DNA of 64,000 nt from Gemmatimonadota bacterium. Lineage in GTDB: Bacteria; Gemmatimonadota; Gemmatimonadetes; JACCXV01; JAHWKZ01. Shown here piece by piece: positions 9,741 through 19,559 of the stretch. Under the pieces are notes generated by a model that was not told the DNA's origin, searched no databases, and saw nothing but the letters and a program-made list of their open reading frames with translations. Made by a program: the position numbers and the translations under genes. The first letter of the stretch is position 1. Every line of letters starts with the position of its first letter. Where the stretch lies: assembly GCA_033722155.1 (NCBI GenBank), contig JAWVZN010000001.1, positions 29,450 to 93,449 on the forward strand, in the 5' to 3' direction.

Positions 9741-10898
9741 TCACGGCTCCGGCGTCCACTCGGGCCAGGGCACCGGCTCCGAGGGCCACACCGCGGGGCC
9801 GGGATACCGGGGCCGGAACGCGAGCCCGCCGGCCGGCGTGGCCGCGAGACGGTCCACGTTCTCCACCCCCACCAGCTCGACCCGATGCCATCGGTCCCGA
9901 TCGAGCGGCACCGCCGCCACGACTTCCAGGGACGAGGGCCCGGCGCGCTCCACCTCGGCGACCGGCACGCTTCGGACCCTCTGCCGGTCGAGCGGGATCG
10001 AGTCGGGGCGCACCTCCGGCCCCACCTCCTCGGTCGACGGTCCCACCCACAGCCGGATCTCGCTCGGCGGCGGGGCCGCCTCGCCGACGAGCCTGTCGTC
10101 CACCTCCACCCGGATCCGACGGGAGTCGATCGTCTCGACCACCTCCACGAGAGGGGGGGTGGTGTCCCGGACCGAGATGCGGTAGGTCGCGTCGTGCGCC
10201 CGCCGGCCCGGCCCGAGCACGAAGGTGTCACGGGCGCCCGGCTCCTCGGTGATCTGCCACCCTTCGGGACGGGACAGCTCCTGCCACGCCGTGGCCACGT
10301 AGGGTCCGTACGCCACCGCTTCCATCTCCACCTGGCCCTGCGAGTCCGCGACCATCCGGTAGGCGAACTCCGTCTCGGTGTTCTCCAACAGGTACCGGGC
10401 ACCGACCGCGGGAACGGAGTCCCGGACGATCCGCGCCCGGACCAGCGAAAGGGTGATGCGAGTCTCCCCACCGACCGAGAAGAGGATCGTCCTCGGCTCG
10501 GTGGTCGCGTTACCGTTCCGGTCGGCCAGCCCCGGGAGCACCGTCACCATGTAGGTGATCCCGTCGATCATCGCGCCGGTGGGGGCGAGGACGATCCGCT
10601 CGTCGTCCATCGAGATGTCGAAATCGGGGGTGTCGGGATTGACGAGGATCAGGTCGTCGATCCGGCGCAGCTGCCGGGGATCGAGCACCTCGTCGAACAC
10701 CAGCCGGATCGCCTGGTCGGGCTGGGCCTTGACGGAGCGGTCCGCGGGATCGGACTCCACCAGGACGGGGGGCGCATTGTCCACGGGGCCGCCCGGCGGA
10801 AAGCCCTCGCTGGCGCACGCTCCGAGGCCCGCTCCCAGCGCGCCGAGCAGAATCGCCACCGCTACGGCCGCTCCGAGTCCCCGCCGCGGTCCCCTCAA
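9741..10898 (-). CDS. Ig-like domain (SbsA/Big-type) lipoprotein, hypothetical
   Basis: With a TTG start, the N-terminus is (M)RGPRRGLGAAVAVAILLGALGAGLGAC: a lipoprotein signal with lipobox LGAC. It is followed by PPVLVESDPADRSVKAQPDQAIRLVFDEVLD, typical of bacterial Ig-like domains. The ORF-track extension (9741..11591) runs into valS in another frame and is an artefact. Confidence 0.65.
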   Translation of the reverse strand: MRGPRRGLGAAVAVAILLGALGAGLGACASEGFPPGGPVDNAPPVLVESDPADRSVKAQPDQAIRLVFDEVLDPRQLRRIDDLILVNPDTPDFDISMDDERIVLAPTGAMIDGITYMVTVLPGLADRNGNATTEPRTILFSVGGETRITLSLVRARIVRDSVPAVGARYLLENTETEFAYRMVADSQGQVEMEAVAYGPYVATAWQELSRPEGWQITEEPGARDTFVLGPGRRAHDATYRISVRDTTPPLVEVVETIDSRRIRVEVDDRLVGEAAPPPSEIRLWVGPSTEEVGPEVRPDSIPLDRQRVRSVPVAEVERAGPSSLEVVAAVPLDRDRWHRVELVGVENVDRLAATPAGGLAFRPRYPGPAVWPSEPVPWPEWTPEP

Positions 10899-10903
10899 GC
10901 CGC

Positions 10904-13558
10904 CTACTCTCCGAGCGCCGCGCGCAGGCTCCCGAGCCGCTCCACCGCCCGCTCGAGATCCTCCTGCTTCTCGCGCTCGCGCTCCACCACCTCGGCCGGC
11001 GCCTTCTCCACGAACTGCTCGTTCGCCAGCTTGGCGCGCGACGCCTCGAGCAGCGATCGGGTCCGCGCGATCTCCCCGTCGAGCCGCTCGCGTTCGCGCT
11101 CGAGGTCGACGAGGTCTGCGAGGCGGACCGACACCTCCACGTGCCCCTCCACCACCTGGCTCACCGTGCCCTCCTCCCGGGGCGCCTCGGCGAGAACCTG
11201 CACGCCGCTGGATGCCGCCAACCGGGCGATGTCGTCCGCGTGGCGCTCCAGCTGCTCCCGCGCCTCGGGCTCGGCGGCCACCACCGTGGCCGGGGCCCGG
11301 CGCCCGGGCTCCACCCGGTACTCGGCGCGCAGGTTCCGGATCGCCGCGATCACCGCGCGGGCGAGCGCCATCGACTCGGTGGCGGCCGGAAAGTCCCACC
11401 CCCGTGCCTCGGGCCAGGGGGCGACGACGATCGACTCTCCGGTCCGGCACGCTTCGGGGAGCCGCTGCCACAGCTCCTCGGTCACGAACGGCATGATCGG
11501 GTGGAGGAGCCGGAGGCTCCGCTCGAGCACCGCCACCAGGACCGATCGGACGAGCTCCCCGCGATCCCCCTCCAGGTGCGCCTTCGACCACTCGATCGTC
11601 CAGTCACAGAAGTCGTGCCACAGGAAGTCGTAGATCGCCAGGGCCGCGTCGTTGAGGCGGAAGGCCTCGGCCCGCGCGGTGGCCGTCCGGGTCGTCTCGT
11701 CGAGCCGATGGAGGATCCACCGCTCGGCGTCGGTCACCGCGGGATGCCCGGCGAGCTTCTCGCGCGGCAGCGGCTCGAACGTCTCGGGAAGCTGGATCGA
11801 GACGAACCGGGTCGCGTTCCACAGCTTGTTCGCGAAGTTGCGGCCCATCTCGAAGTCCTCGATCGCGAGGTTGAGGTCGGTGCCGGTCGGCGCCGAGGCG
11901 AGCAGGGTATAGCGCAACGCGTCGGCGCCGTGCTCGTCGATCACCGCGCGGGGATCGATCCCGTTGCCGAGCGACTTCGACATCCGCCGCCCCAGATGGT
12001 CCCGCACGGTGCCGTTGATCACGACGTCCGAGAACGGGCACTCGTCCATGCAGTAGTAGCCCGCCATCACCATCCGCGCGACCCAGAAGAAGAGAATCTC
12101 GCTGGCGGTGACCAGGGTGTCGGTGGGGTAGAACGTCTGGAGGTCCTCGGTCTCCTCCGGCCACCCCAGCGTCGAGAACGGCCACAGCCACGAGCTGAAC
12201 CACGTGTCGAGCACGTCGGGGTCCTGCTCGAGCCGCTCGGATCCGCACTCGGGGCACACGTCGGGGTCCTCTCGGGCGGCGAACTCGTGACCCTCTCCGC
12301 AGGTCCAGACGGGGATCCGGTGGCCCCACCAGATCTGCCGGGAGATGCACCAGTCGCGGACGTTCTCGAGCCAGTGCTCGTACACCTTGCCCCACCGCTC
12401 CGGGGTGAAGGAGAGCGTCCCCTCGCGCCACGCCTCGAGCGCCGGCGCGGCCAGCGGTTTCATCTTCACGAACCACTGGTCGGAGAGGCGGGGCTCCACC
12501 ACGGTGTCGCACCGGTAGCAGCGGCCGACCGCGTGCTCGTGGGCCTCCACCTTCTCCAGCCGTCCCCGGTCCTCCAGATCGTCGACGATCCGCTTTCTCG
12601 CCTCGTAGCGGTCGAGGCCCGCGTACCCGCCCGCCGCCTCGCTCATCGTGGCATCGGGCTCGAGCACGTCGACCCGCTCGAGAGCGTGCCGCTCGCCCAT
12701 CTCGAAGTCGTTGGGATCGTGGGCCGGGGTCACCTTCACCGCGCCGGTGCCGAACTCGGGATCCACGAAGTCGTCGGCCACGATCGGCAGCTCGCGTCCC
12801 ACCAGGGGGAGGATCGCGGTCTTCCCCACCAGGTGCGCGTATCGCTCGTCTTCGGGGTGCACCGCCACGGCGGTGTCGCCGAGCATCGTCTCCGGCCGGG
12901 TCGTGGCGACCACCAGCCCGCCCTCCCCGTCGGCGAGGGGGTAGCGGACGAACCACAGCTTGCCGGCCTGCTCGTGCTTCTCCGCCTCCTCGTCGGAGAG
13001 GGCGGTCCGACATCGGGGACACCAGTTGATGATGTACTTGCCGCGGTAGATCAGGCCGTCCTCGTAGAGGCGGACGAACACCTCGCGCACCGCCCGCGAG
13101 AGGCCCGGATCCATCGTGAAGCGGGCCCGCCCCCAGTCGCAGGACACCCCCAGCTTCTCCAGCTGGTCGTAGATCTCCCCGCCGTACCGCTCCTTCCACT
13201 CCCACACCCGCTCGACGAACGCCTCGCGGCCCAGATCGTCCCGGGTCCTCCCCTCCTCGGCGAGCTCCCGCTCCACCACGTTCTGGGTGGCGATCCCCGC
13301 GTGATCGGTCCCGGGCAGGTAGAGGGCCCGGCGCCCGGCCATCCGCCGCTGGCGGATCAGCGCGTCCTGGATCGTGTTGTTCAGCGCGTGACCCATGTGG
13401 AGGACGCCGGTCACGTTCGGGGGCGGCATCACGATCGTGTACGGGGCGGCCCCCTCCCCGGCGTCGGGGTGGAAGTAGCCCCGATCGCGCCACGTCTCGT
13501 ACCACCGTGCCTCGATCGCGCTCGGATCGTATCGGGTCGACTGGGTCAGCTCGGCCAT
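10904..13558 (-). CDS. valS: valine--tRNA ligase
   Basis: An 884-aa ORF: [21 protein letters not shown] (HIGH), ...MSKSLGN (KMSKS), editing domain and C-terminal coiled coil. Confidence 0.95.
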   Translation of the reverse strand: MAELTQSTRYDPSAIEARWYETWRDRGYFHPDAGEGAAPYTIVMPPPNVTGVLHMGHALNNTIQDALIRQRRMAGRRALYLPGTDHAGIATQNVVERELAEEGRTRDDLGREAFVERVWEWKERYGGEIYDQLEKLGVSCDWGRARFTMDPGLSRAVREVFVRLYEDGLIYRGKYIINWCPRCRTALSDEEAEKHEQAGKLWFVRYPLADGEGGLVVATTRPETMLGDTAVAVHPEDERYAHLVGKTAILPLVGRELPIVADDFVDPEFGTGAVKVTPAHDPNDFEMGERHALERVDVLEPDATMSEAAGGYAGLDRYEARKRIVDDLEDRGRLEKVEAHEHAVGRCYRCDTVVEPRLSDQWFVKMKPLAAPALEAWREGTLSFTPERWGKVYEHWLENVRDWCISRQIWWGHRIPVWTCGEGHEFAAREDPDVCPECGSERLEQDPDVLDTWFSSWLWPFSTLGWPEETEDLQTFYPTDTLVTASEILFFWVARMVMAGYYCMDECPFSDVVINGTVRDHLGRRMSKSLGNGIDPRAVIDEHGADALRYTLLASAPTGTDLNLAIEDFEMGRNFANKLWNATRFVSIQLPETFEPLPREKLAGHPAVTDAERWILHRLDETTRTATARAEAFRLNDAALAIYDFLWHDFCDWTIEWSKAHLEGDRGELVRSVLVAVLERSLRLLHPIMPFVTEELWQRLPEACRTGESIVVAPWPEARGWDFPAATESMALARAVIAAIRNLRAEYRVEPGRRAPATVVAAEPEAREQLERHADDIARLAASSGVQVLAEAPREEGTVSQVVEGHVEVSVRLADLVDLERERERLDGEIARTRSLLEASRAKLANEQFVEKAPAEVVEREREKQEDLERAVERLGSLRAALGE

Positions 13559-13673
13559 GTTCTCGGGGTCGTCGGTCGGATCGTCCGTGTCGGTCCTGGC
13601 GAGACGACGAAGCTACCCGGCGGCCCCGAAGCGCGCCAACGAAGCCGGCACCACGGTCGCCCGCTCGTCCCGC

Positions 13674-14147
13674 TCACGCCTTCTCCACGCCGAGATAGGC
13701 CGCCGGGGCGTCGGGATCGCCCCACGTCTCGAGGAGCCGGCGCGCCACGACGCCCGGACGGAGGGGAAGCCCCGCGAGCTCGTCGCGGCCGACCCACCGG
13801 AGCCCGACCAGGGTCGCCGCGCCCTCGGCCTCGGGGTCGTGACCGAGCACCGGGCTCCCGCTCCAGTCGGTGGCGAGGAAGGAGCAGTCGAGAACGTGGC
13901 GTCCCGCCCCGTGGAACTCGCTCACCGCCCACAGCCGGGCGTCGTGGAGGACGAGCCCGGTCTCCTCGCTCAGCTCCCGGGCCAGCGCCTCCCGCAGCGA
14001 CTCCCCGGGATCCACGTGGCCGCCGGGCAGCACCCCGTACCGCTCCCCGCCCTTCTCGTGGATGGCGCACAGCACCCCCTCCTCCCCGAGACACACCGCC
14101 TGGGCCCGGACGGTGAGCCGGTATCGCGGACCCGCCGGGCTATCCAA
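13674..14147 (-). CDS. NUDIX hydrolase
   Basis: Nudix box GGHVDPGESLREALARELSEETGL in a 157-aa ORF. It overlaps the upstream P-loop gene by 8 nt. Confidence 0.8.
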   Translation of the reverse strand: MDSPAGPRYRLTVRAQAVCLGEEGVLCAIHEKGGERYGVLPGGHVDPGESLREALARELSEETGLVLHDARLWAVSEFHGAGRHVLDCSFLATDWSGSPVLGHDPEAEGAATLVGLRWVGRDELAGLPLRPGVVARRLLETWGDPDAPAAYLGVEKA

Positions 14148-14766
14148 GGGGTCCGCGGCACCGGTCGGCCAGGAGGTCGAGGCCCGCCGGGCCCCACACC
14201 GGCCACGCGCGCGTGCCTGCCGGAGCCCCCACGAGCGGCGAGGGATCGTCCGCCGCCGCCCGGGCGGCGGTGCCCTCCGGCACGTAGAGCGCGTCGATCC
14301 GGTCGAGGATGGCGACGGCGGAGGACTTCACCTCGCTCTGGCCCGGGTGGGCGACCATCAGCGCGAGATCGGGGTCGACGGACCCGACCACCGCGTTTCC
14401 CTCCACGAGGACCCCGGGGACACCGGCGAGGTCGTCGAGCGCCCGCCCCAACCCCTCGGACTCCTGGCCGCGGCGACCCACCACCCACCGCACCTCCCGC
14501 GCTCCCGCGCCCCAGTAACGGCCGGTGTCCTTCCCCTCCACGTCGGTGTCGGCGCGGTCGGCGAACACCCGCGGCTCGTCGCCCAGCAGCGGGCTCACGC
14601 AGCACGTCTCCGGATCGCGCCCGCAAGAGCGGTAGTGGCCGCGGGTGACCTTCACTCCGGCCCATCCCGGCAGCCTCGCCAGCAGCTCGCACACGAGGGT
14701 GGTCTTTCCCACCTCCGAGCAGGTGCCGCTGACGGTGACGAGCCTCGTCCCGGGGATCCGCCGCAT
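14140..14766 (-). CDS. MobB-like P-loop NTPase (molybdopterin-guanine dinucleotide biosynthesis adapter family-like). It has an unusual C-x8-CC cysteine cluster.
   Basis: Walker A VSGTCSEVGKTTLVCELLARL; VKVTRGHY and GVLVEGNAVVGS match the MobB pattern (GSGKTTL...IKHTHH...ILVEGFK). The extra HYRSCGRDPETCCVSP segment is not typical MobB. The family assignment is tentative. Confidence 0.55.
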   Translation of the reverse strand: MRRIPGTRLVTVSGTCSEVGKTTLVCELLARLPGWAGVKVTRGHYRSCGRDPETCCVSPLLGDEPRVFADRADTDVEGKDTGRYWGAGAREVRWVVGRRGQESEGLGRALDDLAGVPGVLVEGNAVVGSVDPDLALMVAHPGQSEVKSSAVAILDRIDALYVPEGTAARAAADDPSPLVGAPAGTRAWPVWGPAGLDLLADRCRGPLG

Positions 14767-14776
14767 CGCGCTCCGC

Positions 14777-15421
14777 CTACCGGACCGGAACCACCTCGCC
14801 CGGGTGGGTCAGGGCGAAGGAGAGGGCCTCGAGCTCCACCACCAGGTTCACGTCGCGGAGGGTGACCCCGTCGGGTACCTCCAGTCGGCGCGGAGCGAAG
14901 TTCAGGATCGCGGCCACGCCCGCCTCCACGAGTCCGTCGGCGACCCCCTGGGCGGCGTCGGCCGGGGTGGCGACGATCCCCATCTCCACCTCCCGCTCGG
15001 CGACGATCCGGTCGAGATCGGCCACGTCGTCCACCGTCAGCTCGTCCCAGACGGTCCCGATCTTGTCGGGATCGTCGTCGAAGACCGCCACGATCTCGAA
15101 CCCGCGGCGCCGGAACCCCTCGTACTGGAACAGCGCCGCTCCGAGCCGACCGGCGCCGACCAGGCCCACCCGCCAGCGGCGGTCGAGCCCCAGGATCGTC
15201 TCGAGACGAGCCCGCAGCTCCGCCACGGGGTAGCCGAGGCCGCGCTTTCCGAAGGAACCGAAATGGGAGAGGTCCTTGCGGACCTGGGCCGAGGTCACGC
15301 CCCCCTTCGCGGCCAGGTCCTCGCTCGACACGGTGGGGGTTCCGGACGCCTCGTACTCGTCCAGGAATCGCAGGTAAAGGCTCAACCTGCGGATGGTGGA
15401 GTCGGCGATCTTCTCGGTCAC
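14777..15421 (-). CDS. rex: redox-sensing transcriptional repressor Rex
   Basis: VTEKIADSTIRRLSLYLRFLDEY (winged-helix) ...GLVGAGRLGAALFQY...FEIVAVFDDDPDKIG (NADH-binding Rossmann). GTG start at 15421. The ORF-track N-terminal extension to 16930 is antisense to the MFS gene and is an artefact. Confidence 0.85.
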   Translation of the reverse strand: MTEKIADSTIRRLSLYLRFLDEYEASGTPTVSSEDLAAKGGVTSAQVRKDLSHFGSFGKRGLGYPVAELRARLETILGLDRRWRVGLVGAGRLGAALFQYEGFRRRGFEIVAVFDDDPDKIGTVWDELTVDDVADLDRIVAEREVEMGIVATPADAAQGVADGLVEAGVAAILNFAPRRLEVPDGVTLRDVNLVVELEALSFALTHPGEVVPVR

Positions 15422-15443
15422 CGGTTCCGGTCGGCGCGAGAGT

Positions 15444-15461
15444 TTGTGAACTGTTTCACAA
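15444..15461. promoter_or_regulatory. Rex operator (ROP box) TTGTGAA-ctgt-TTCACAA
   Basis: A perfect match to the Rex consensus TTGTGAAnnnnTTCACAA. It sits 23 bp upstream of the rex GTG and 84 bp upstream of the divergent MFS transporter ATG. Confidence 0.8.
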
Positions 15462-15544
15462 GAGGGCCGAGTATACGGACCTCCGCTCTTCCCGGTCAAG
15501 CGGTCGTCGACGAGGAGGCGCTCGGCGCCTATGCTACGGCTCCG

Positions 15545-16915
15545 ATGTCCTCCCGTGACCCCGGCGGGGCCTCCGAGAGAGGCCTTCTCGCCCGCCTCGG
15601 CCTCCACCGGCCGGAGCTGCGGGCCTGGGCGCTGTACGACTGGGCGAACTCGGCGTTCGTCCTCACGATCCAGGCCGCGATCTTCCCGATCTACTTCACC
15701 GACGTGGCCGCCGGCCCCCTCGCGGACGCGGAGGCCACCCGCCGCTTCGCGTGGACCACCTCGATCGCGCTCGGGGCCGTCGCCGTGATGGCTCCGGTGC
15801 TGGGCGCGCTCGCCGACTACGCCGGCGTCAAGAAGCGCTCGCTCGCCGCCTTCCTCGTCCTGGGCGTCGGGTCCACGGCGGCCCTCTGGTTCGTCCAGCG
15901 CGGCGACTGGCTTCTGGGCGCCTCCCTCTTCGCGCTGGCGAACGTGGGCGCGCAGGGCAGCTTCGTGTTCTACGACTCGCTGCTCCCCCACATCGCGTCG
16001 CCGGAGGAGATGGATCGCGTCTCCACGGCCGGGTTCGCGACCGGCTACTTCGGAAGCTCGATCCTGTTCGTCGCGCAGATCGCGTGGATCCAGTGGCCGG
16101 AGGCGTTCGGCCTGCCCGCGCCCGTGGGAGCGGACGCCACCCTTCCCGCCCGCATCGCCTTCGTATCGGTCGCCGTGTGGTGGGCCCTCTTCTCGGTGCC
16201 GCTGTTCCTCCGCGTCGACGAGCCCGCCCGCCACCTGGAGCCCGACGAGCGCCCCGGTCAGCGGGCGCTGCGGGTCGCGCTCCAGCGGCTGCGGGAGACC
16301 TTCGGCGAGCTGCGGCGCTACCGCCACGCCCTGCTGATGCTGGTCGCGTTCCTCGTGTACAACGACGGCATCGGGACGATCATCCGCATGGCGTCGATCT
16401 ACGGCGCCGAGATCGGCCTCGACCGGACGGCGATGCTCCTCGCGATTCTCCTGGTCCAGTTGATCGGGGTGCCCTTCGCGTTCCTCTTCGGGGCGATCGC
16501 GGGCCGCGTCGGGACGAAACCGGCGATCCTCTCCGGGCTGGGCGTGTACGTGGGGATCGTCTCGTTCGCCTACTTCATGCAGACCGCGCTCCACTTCTTT
16601 CTCCTCGCGATCCTCGTCGGGATGGTGCAGGGCGGCTGCCAGGCCCTCAGCCGCTCGCTCTTCGCGAGCCTGATCCCGAGCCACAAGTCGTCCGAGTTCT
16701 TCGGCTTCTACGCCGTGCTCGAGAAGTTCGCGGGGATCGCGGGCCCGGCGGCGTTCGCGCTCACCAGCCAGCTCACCGGCTCCAGCCGGCAGGCGATCCT
16801 CACCGTCCTGTTCTTCTTCGTGGCGGGCGGGCTGCTGCTGTGGAAGGTGGACGTCGAGGAGGGTCGCAGGGTCGCCCGCGAGGCAGAAAGGGGCCTCCGA
16901 CCGGCGTCCCGATGA
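15545..16915 (+). CDS. MFS transporter
   Basis: MSSRDPGG...WALYDWANSAFVLTIQAAIFPIYF... with about 12 predicted TM helices. The true start is the ATG at 15545; the ORF-track start at 14645 overlaps rex antisense. Confidence 0.8.
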   Translation: MSSRDPGGASERGLLARLGLHRPELRAWALYDWANSAFVLTIQAAIFPIYFTDVAAGPLADAEATRRFAWTTSIALGAVAVMAPVLGALADYAGVKKRSLAAFLVLGVGSTAALWFVQRGDWLLGASLFALANVGAQGSFVFYDSLLPHIASPEEMDRVSTAGFATGYFGSSILFVAQIAWIQWPEAFGLPAPVGADATLPARIAFVSVAVWWALFSVPLFLRVDEPARHLEPDERPGQRALRVALQRLRETFGELRRYRHALLMLVAFLVYNDGIGTIIRMASIYGAEIGLDRTAMLLAILLVQLIGVPFAFLFGAIAGRVGTKPAILSGLGVYVGIVSFAYFMQTALHFFLLAILVGMVQGGCQALSRSLFASLIPSHKSSEFFGFYAVLEKFAGIAGPAAFALTSQLTGSSRQAILTVLFFFVAGGLLLWKVDVEEGRRVAREAERGLRPASR

Positions 16916-17188
16916 ACGATTTGTCCACATTTATCCACATTCCCGTGTGAATCGTGGATTTTTCGGACCGACGGCCTGACCGCGCTCGTGGTCAGACCGG
17001 GTCCGTCACGTACATGACACAATCGCTTTCATATCGAAGTGCCTGCGGCATAAGGAGTTGCGACCGTTTCTTCCAGCTACGGTATAGATCAGCGGCTCTA
17101 TTCGCTCCCCGGAACGCGCTATTCCCCCGGTGTGACGATCGCGCCCCTCCTGCCCCGGCGGGGACCGAAAGTGTGGAAAACCCCGCCC

Positions 17189-18007
17189 TCACGCGGAAAA
17201 GCCGCCGACCCGGCTCACCGCTCGCTCGAGGCTCACCCACTCCTCCAGATCCAGGGTCTCGGGCCGGCGCCGGAGGTCCAGGCCCGTCTCCTCCTCCACC
17301 CGGCCCGCGGCCTCCCGGTCCAGCGCGAGTCCCGGGGCCACCCGCAGCCCCTTCTGGATCTGCTTCCGGCGGGTGGAGAAGAGCGCGCGCACCAGGGTTC
17401 TCAACCGTTCCTTCCCGCCGGCGTCGAGGTCCCACCGCTCGTGCGGGACGAGGCGGACGACGGAGGAGACGACGTCGGGGGGGGGCGAGAAGCTCCCCGG
17501 TCGCACGTCGAAGAGGCGCTCCACGTCGGCCTCCATCCGGACGCCGACGCTCAGCGCCCCGAACGCCTTCGTGCCGGGCTCGGCGGCCAGCCGATCGGCC
17601 ACCTCCCGCTGGACCATGAACACGATCTCGTGGATCCCGGCCGGCTCCACCCATCCGAGCACGTGGAAGATCGTGGGCGAGGTGATGGCGTAGGGGAGGT
17701 TTCCTATCACCCACCACGGACCCGACCCCGGGTCGGGCTCGAAGTCGAGGACGTCCCGTCGCACCACCTCCAGACCGGCGCGCTCCCCCCACCGCGTCTC
17801 GAGCGCGTCGGCCAGCTCCTCGTCCAGCTCCACCGCGGTCACGCACCATCCCCGCTCGAGCAGGTGCTCGGTGAGAGCGCCGCGGCCGGGCCCGATCTCC
17901 AGCACCCGGGCCCCCTCGGGAGCCCGCAGGGCTTCGGCGATCCGCCTCGCGGTCGTCCGGTCGTGAAGGAAGTGCTGGGAGAGGGGTGGTCGGCCGCGCG
18001 GGCTCAC
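17189..18007 (-). CDS. rsmA: 16S rRNA (adenine1518/1519-N6)-dimethyltransferase
   Basis: PLSQHFLHDRTTARRIAEAL...VLEIGPGRGALT...VIGNLPYAITSPTIFHVL (KsgA motifs). GTG start at 18007, overlapping the upstream STAS gene stop as GTGA. Confidence 0.85.
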   Translation of the reverse strand: MSPRGRPPLSQHFLHDRTTARRIAEALRAPEGARVLEIGPGRGALTEHLLERGWCVTAVELDEELADALETRWGERAGLEVVRRDVLDFEPDPGSGPWWVIGNLPYAITSPTIFHVLGWVEPAGIHEIVFMVQREVADRLAAEPGTKAFGALSVGVRMEADVERLFDVRPGSFSPPPDVVSSVVRLVPHERWDLDAGGKERLRTLVRALFSTRRKQIQKGLRVAPGLALDREAAGRVEEETGLDLRRRPETLDLEEWVSLERAVSRVGGFSA

Positions 18008-18363
18008 CGGCCGAGCCGGTCGATCGCCGACCCGACGTCTTCGGCGAGCGGGACGCCCCTCTCGAGCCGGAGATGGTCCGCGATGTCCGAGAAGGTGTCC
18101 GGCAGCCCGGCGACGACGAGATCTCCCCCCTTCTCGGCGCACCGCGCGCGCAGGTGCACGAAGAGCGCCAGGCCCGCGGTGTCCACGTGGGTGAGCCCCG
18201 ACGCGTCCACCACGACCCCGTTCCCCTCCTCGAGAGCCTCCTCGACCGCCTCGGCGAGCGCGGTCTCGCTCGTCACCACGAGATCGCCCTCCGCCTCGAC
18301 GACGATCGCCGGTCCCTCGGTGTGGCGGCGCACCTCCCGCGGGACCGGCTCCACTCCGCTCAT
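18004..18363 (-). CDS. STAS domain protein (anti-sigma factor antagonist-like)
   Basis: MSGVEPVPREVRRHTEGPAIVVEAEGDLVVTSETALAEAVEEAL...VVDASGLTHVDTAGLALFVHL (SpoIIAA-like fold). The ORF-track upstream part (to 18960) is a G/R-rich artefact. Confidence 0.7.
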   Translation of the reverse strand: MSGVEPVPREVRRHTEGPAIVVEAEGDLVVTSETALAEAVEEALEEGNGVVVDASGLTHVDTAGLALFVHLRARCAEKGGDLVVAGLPDTFSDIADHLRLERGVPLAEDVGSAIDRLGR

Positions 18364-19559
18364 CCACCGCCCCCGAGTCGCCTCGCCGCCACCTCCAGCC
18401 GCTCCGCCGCCGACGCGAGCTCCTCGTCGGACGCCGCGAACGAGAGGCGGAGGTGCCCCTCGGTCTCGAACGCCGAGCCGGGCACCAGGGCCAGGTGCTC
18501 GTTCTCCAGGAGATCGAGGCACAGCGTCGCGGATCCCGCCCCGAGCGCGTCGCACCAGTCGCCCGCCTCCACCCACAGGTAGAACGCGCCCCGGGGCCGC
18601 AGCGGGACGAGGCCGGGGATCCCCTCGACCGCGTCGAAGAGCAGCTCGCGGCGGCGAGCGAAGGCCGACACCATCGTCCCGACGGCCTGGCGACGCGCCT
18701 CCTCGTCGGAGAGCGCCGCCAGCGCGGCGTGCTGGGAGGGGCGGGCGGTGTTCGTGTTGAGGTGGCCCTGTAGGCGGGTCATCGCCCCGATCGCCGGCTC
18801 GGGGGCGGCCGCGAACCCCACCCGCCAGCCGGTCATCGCGTACGCCTTCGAGAAGCCGTCCACCACCACGATCCGCTCGTAGCCGTCGGCCCGCGCCGCC
18901 AGCGACGCGAAGCCCGGCTCGTAGCGGATCTCCCGGTAGATCTCGTCCGCGACCACCCACGCCCCGTGCCGCTCGGCGGCGGCCACGATCGCGTCGAGCT
19001 CGTCAGCGTCGTAGACGGCTCCCGTCGGGTTCGAGGGCGAGTTGAGAACGACCCCCCGGGCGCCGGCCTCGAGCTCCTCCCTCAACCGCTCGGCGGGGAG
19101 CTTGAAGCGGCTGTCCGCGGTCGTCTCGACGATCACCGGCTCCGCCCGGGCGAGCTTCACCATCGGGACGTAGGAGACCCAGCAGGGCGCGGGTACCACG
19201 ACCCGGTCACCGGGGCCGAACAGGGTGAAGATCGCGTCGAACAGCGCCTGCTTCGCCCCCACCGAGACGAGGATCCGCCCCGGATCCCAGGCGCCGCCGC
19301 ACGCCTCGTTGAGGTGGGCGGCGATCGCCGAGCGGAGGGCCGGGAGGCCGGCGGCCGGCGGGTACCGCGTCTCCCCCTCCCGGATCGCGCGCACCGCGGC
19401 CTCCACGATGTAGCCGGGCGTGGGAAAGTCCGGCTCGCCGGCCGAAAGCGACACCATGTCCACTCCGGAGGCCTCGAGCGCGCTCGCCCGGGCGGACATC
19501 TCGAGGGTGGCCGACGCCGTGATCCCGTCCAGGTTCGGGAACCGGGTCCCAGCCGCCAT
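18360..19559 (-). CDS. pyridoxal phosphate-dependent aminotransferase (class I, aspartate aminotransferase-like)
   Basis: VSLSAGEPDFPTP...LNSPSNPTGAVY...VVVDGFSKAYAMTGWRVGF (PLP-lysine SKAY). Confidence 0.85.
   Translation of the reverse strand: MAAGTRFPNLDGITASATLEMSARASALEASGVDMVSLSAGEPDFPTPGYIVEAAVRAIREGETRYPPAAGLPALRSAIAAHLNEACGGAWDPGRILVSVGAKQALFDAIFTLFGPGDRVVVPAPCWVSYVPMVKLARAEPVIVETTADSRFKLPAERLREELEAGARGVVLNSPSNPTGAVYDADELDAIVAAAERHGAWVVADEIYREIRYEPGFASLAARADGYERIVVVDGFSKAYAMTGWRVGFAAAPEPAIGAMTRLQGHLNTNTARPSQHAALAALSDEEARRQAVGTMVSAFARRRELLFDAVEGIPGLVPLRPRGAFYLWVEAGDWCDALGAGSATLCLDLLENEHLALVPGSAFETEGHLRLSFAASDEELASAAERLEVAARRLGGGG

Noticed and set aside
17132-18760. 542-aa plus-strand ORF starting 16 nt after the shared 18-mer.
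   Set aside because: It runs antisense through ksgA and the STAS gene with a P/R/G-rich composition. Only the spacing of its GTG relative to the 18-mer is noted, and that is covered in the findings.
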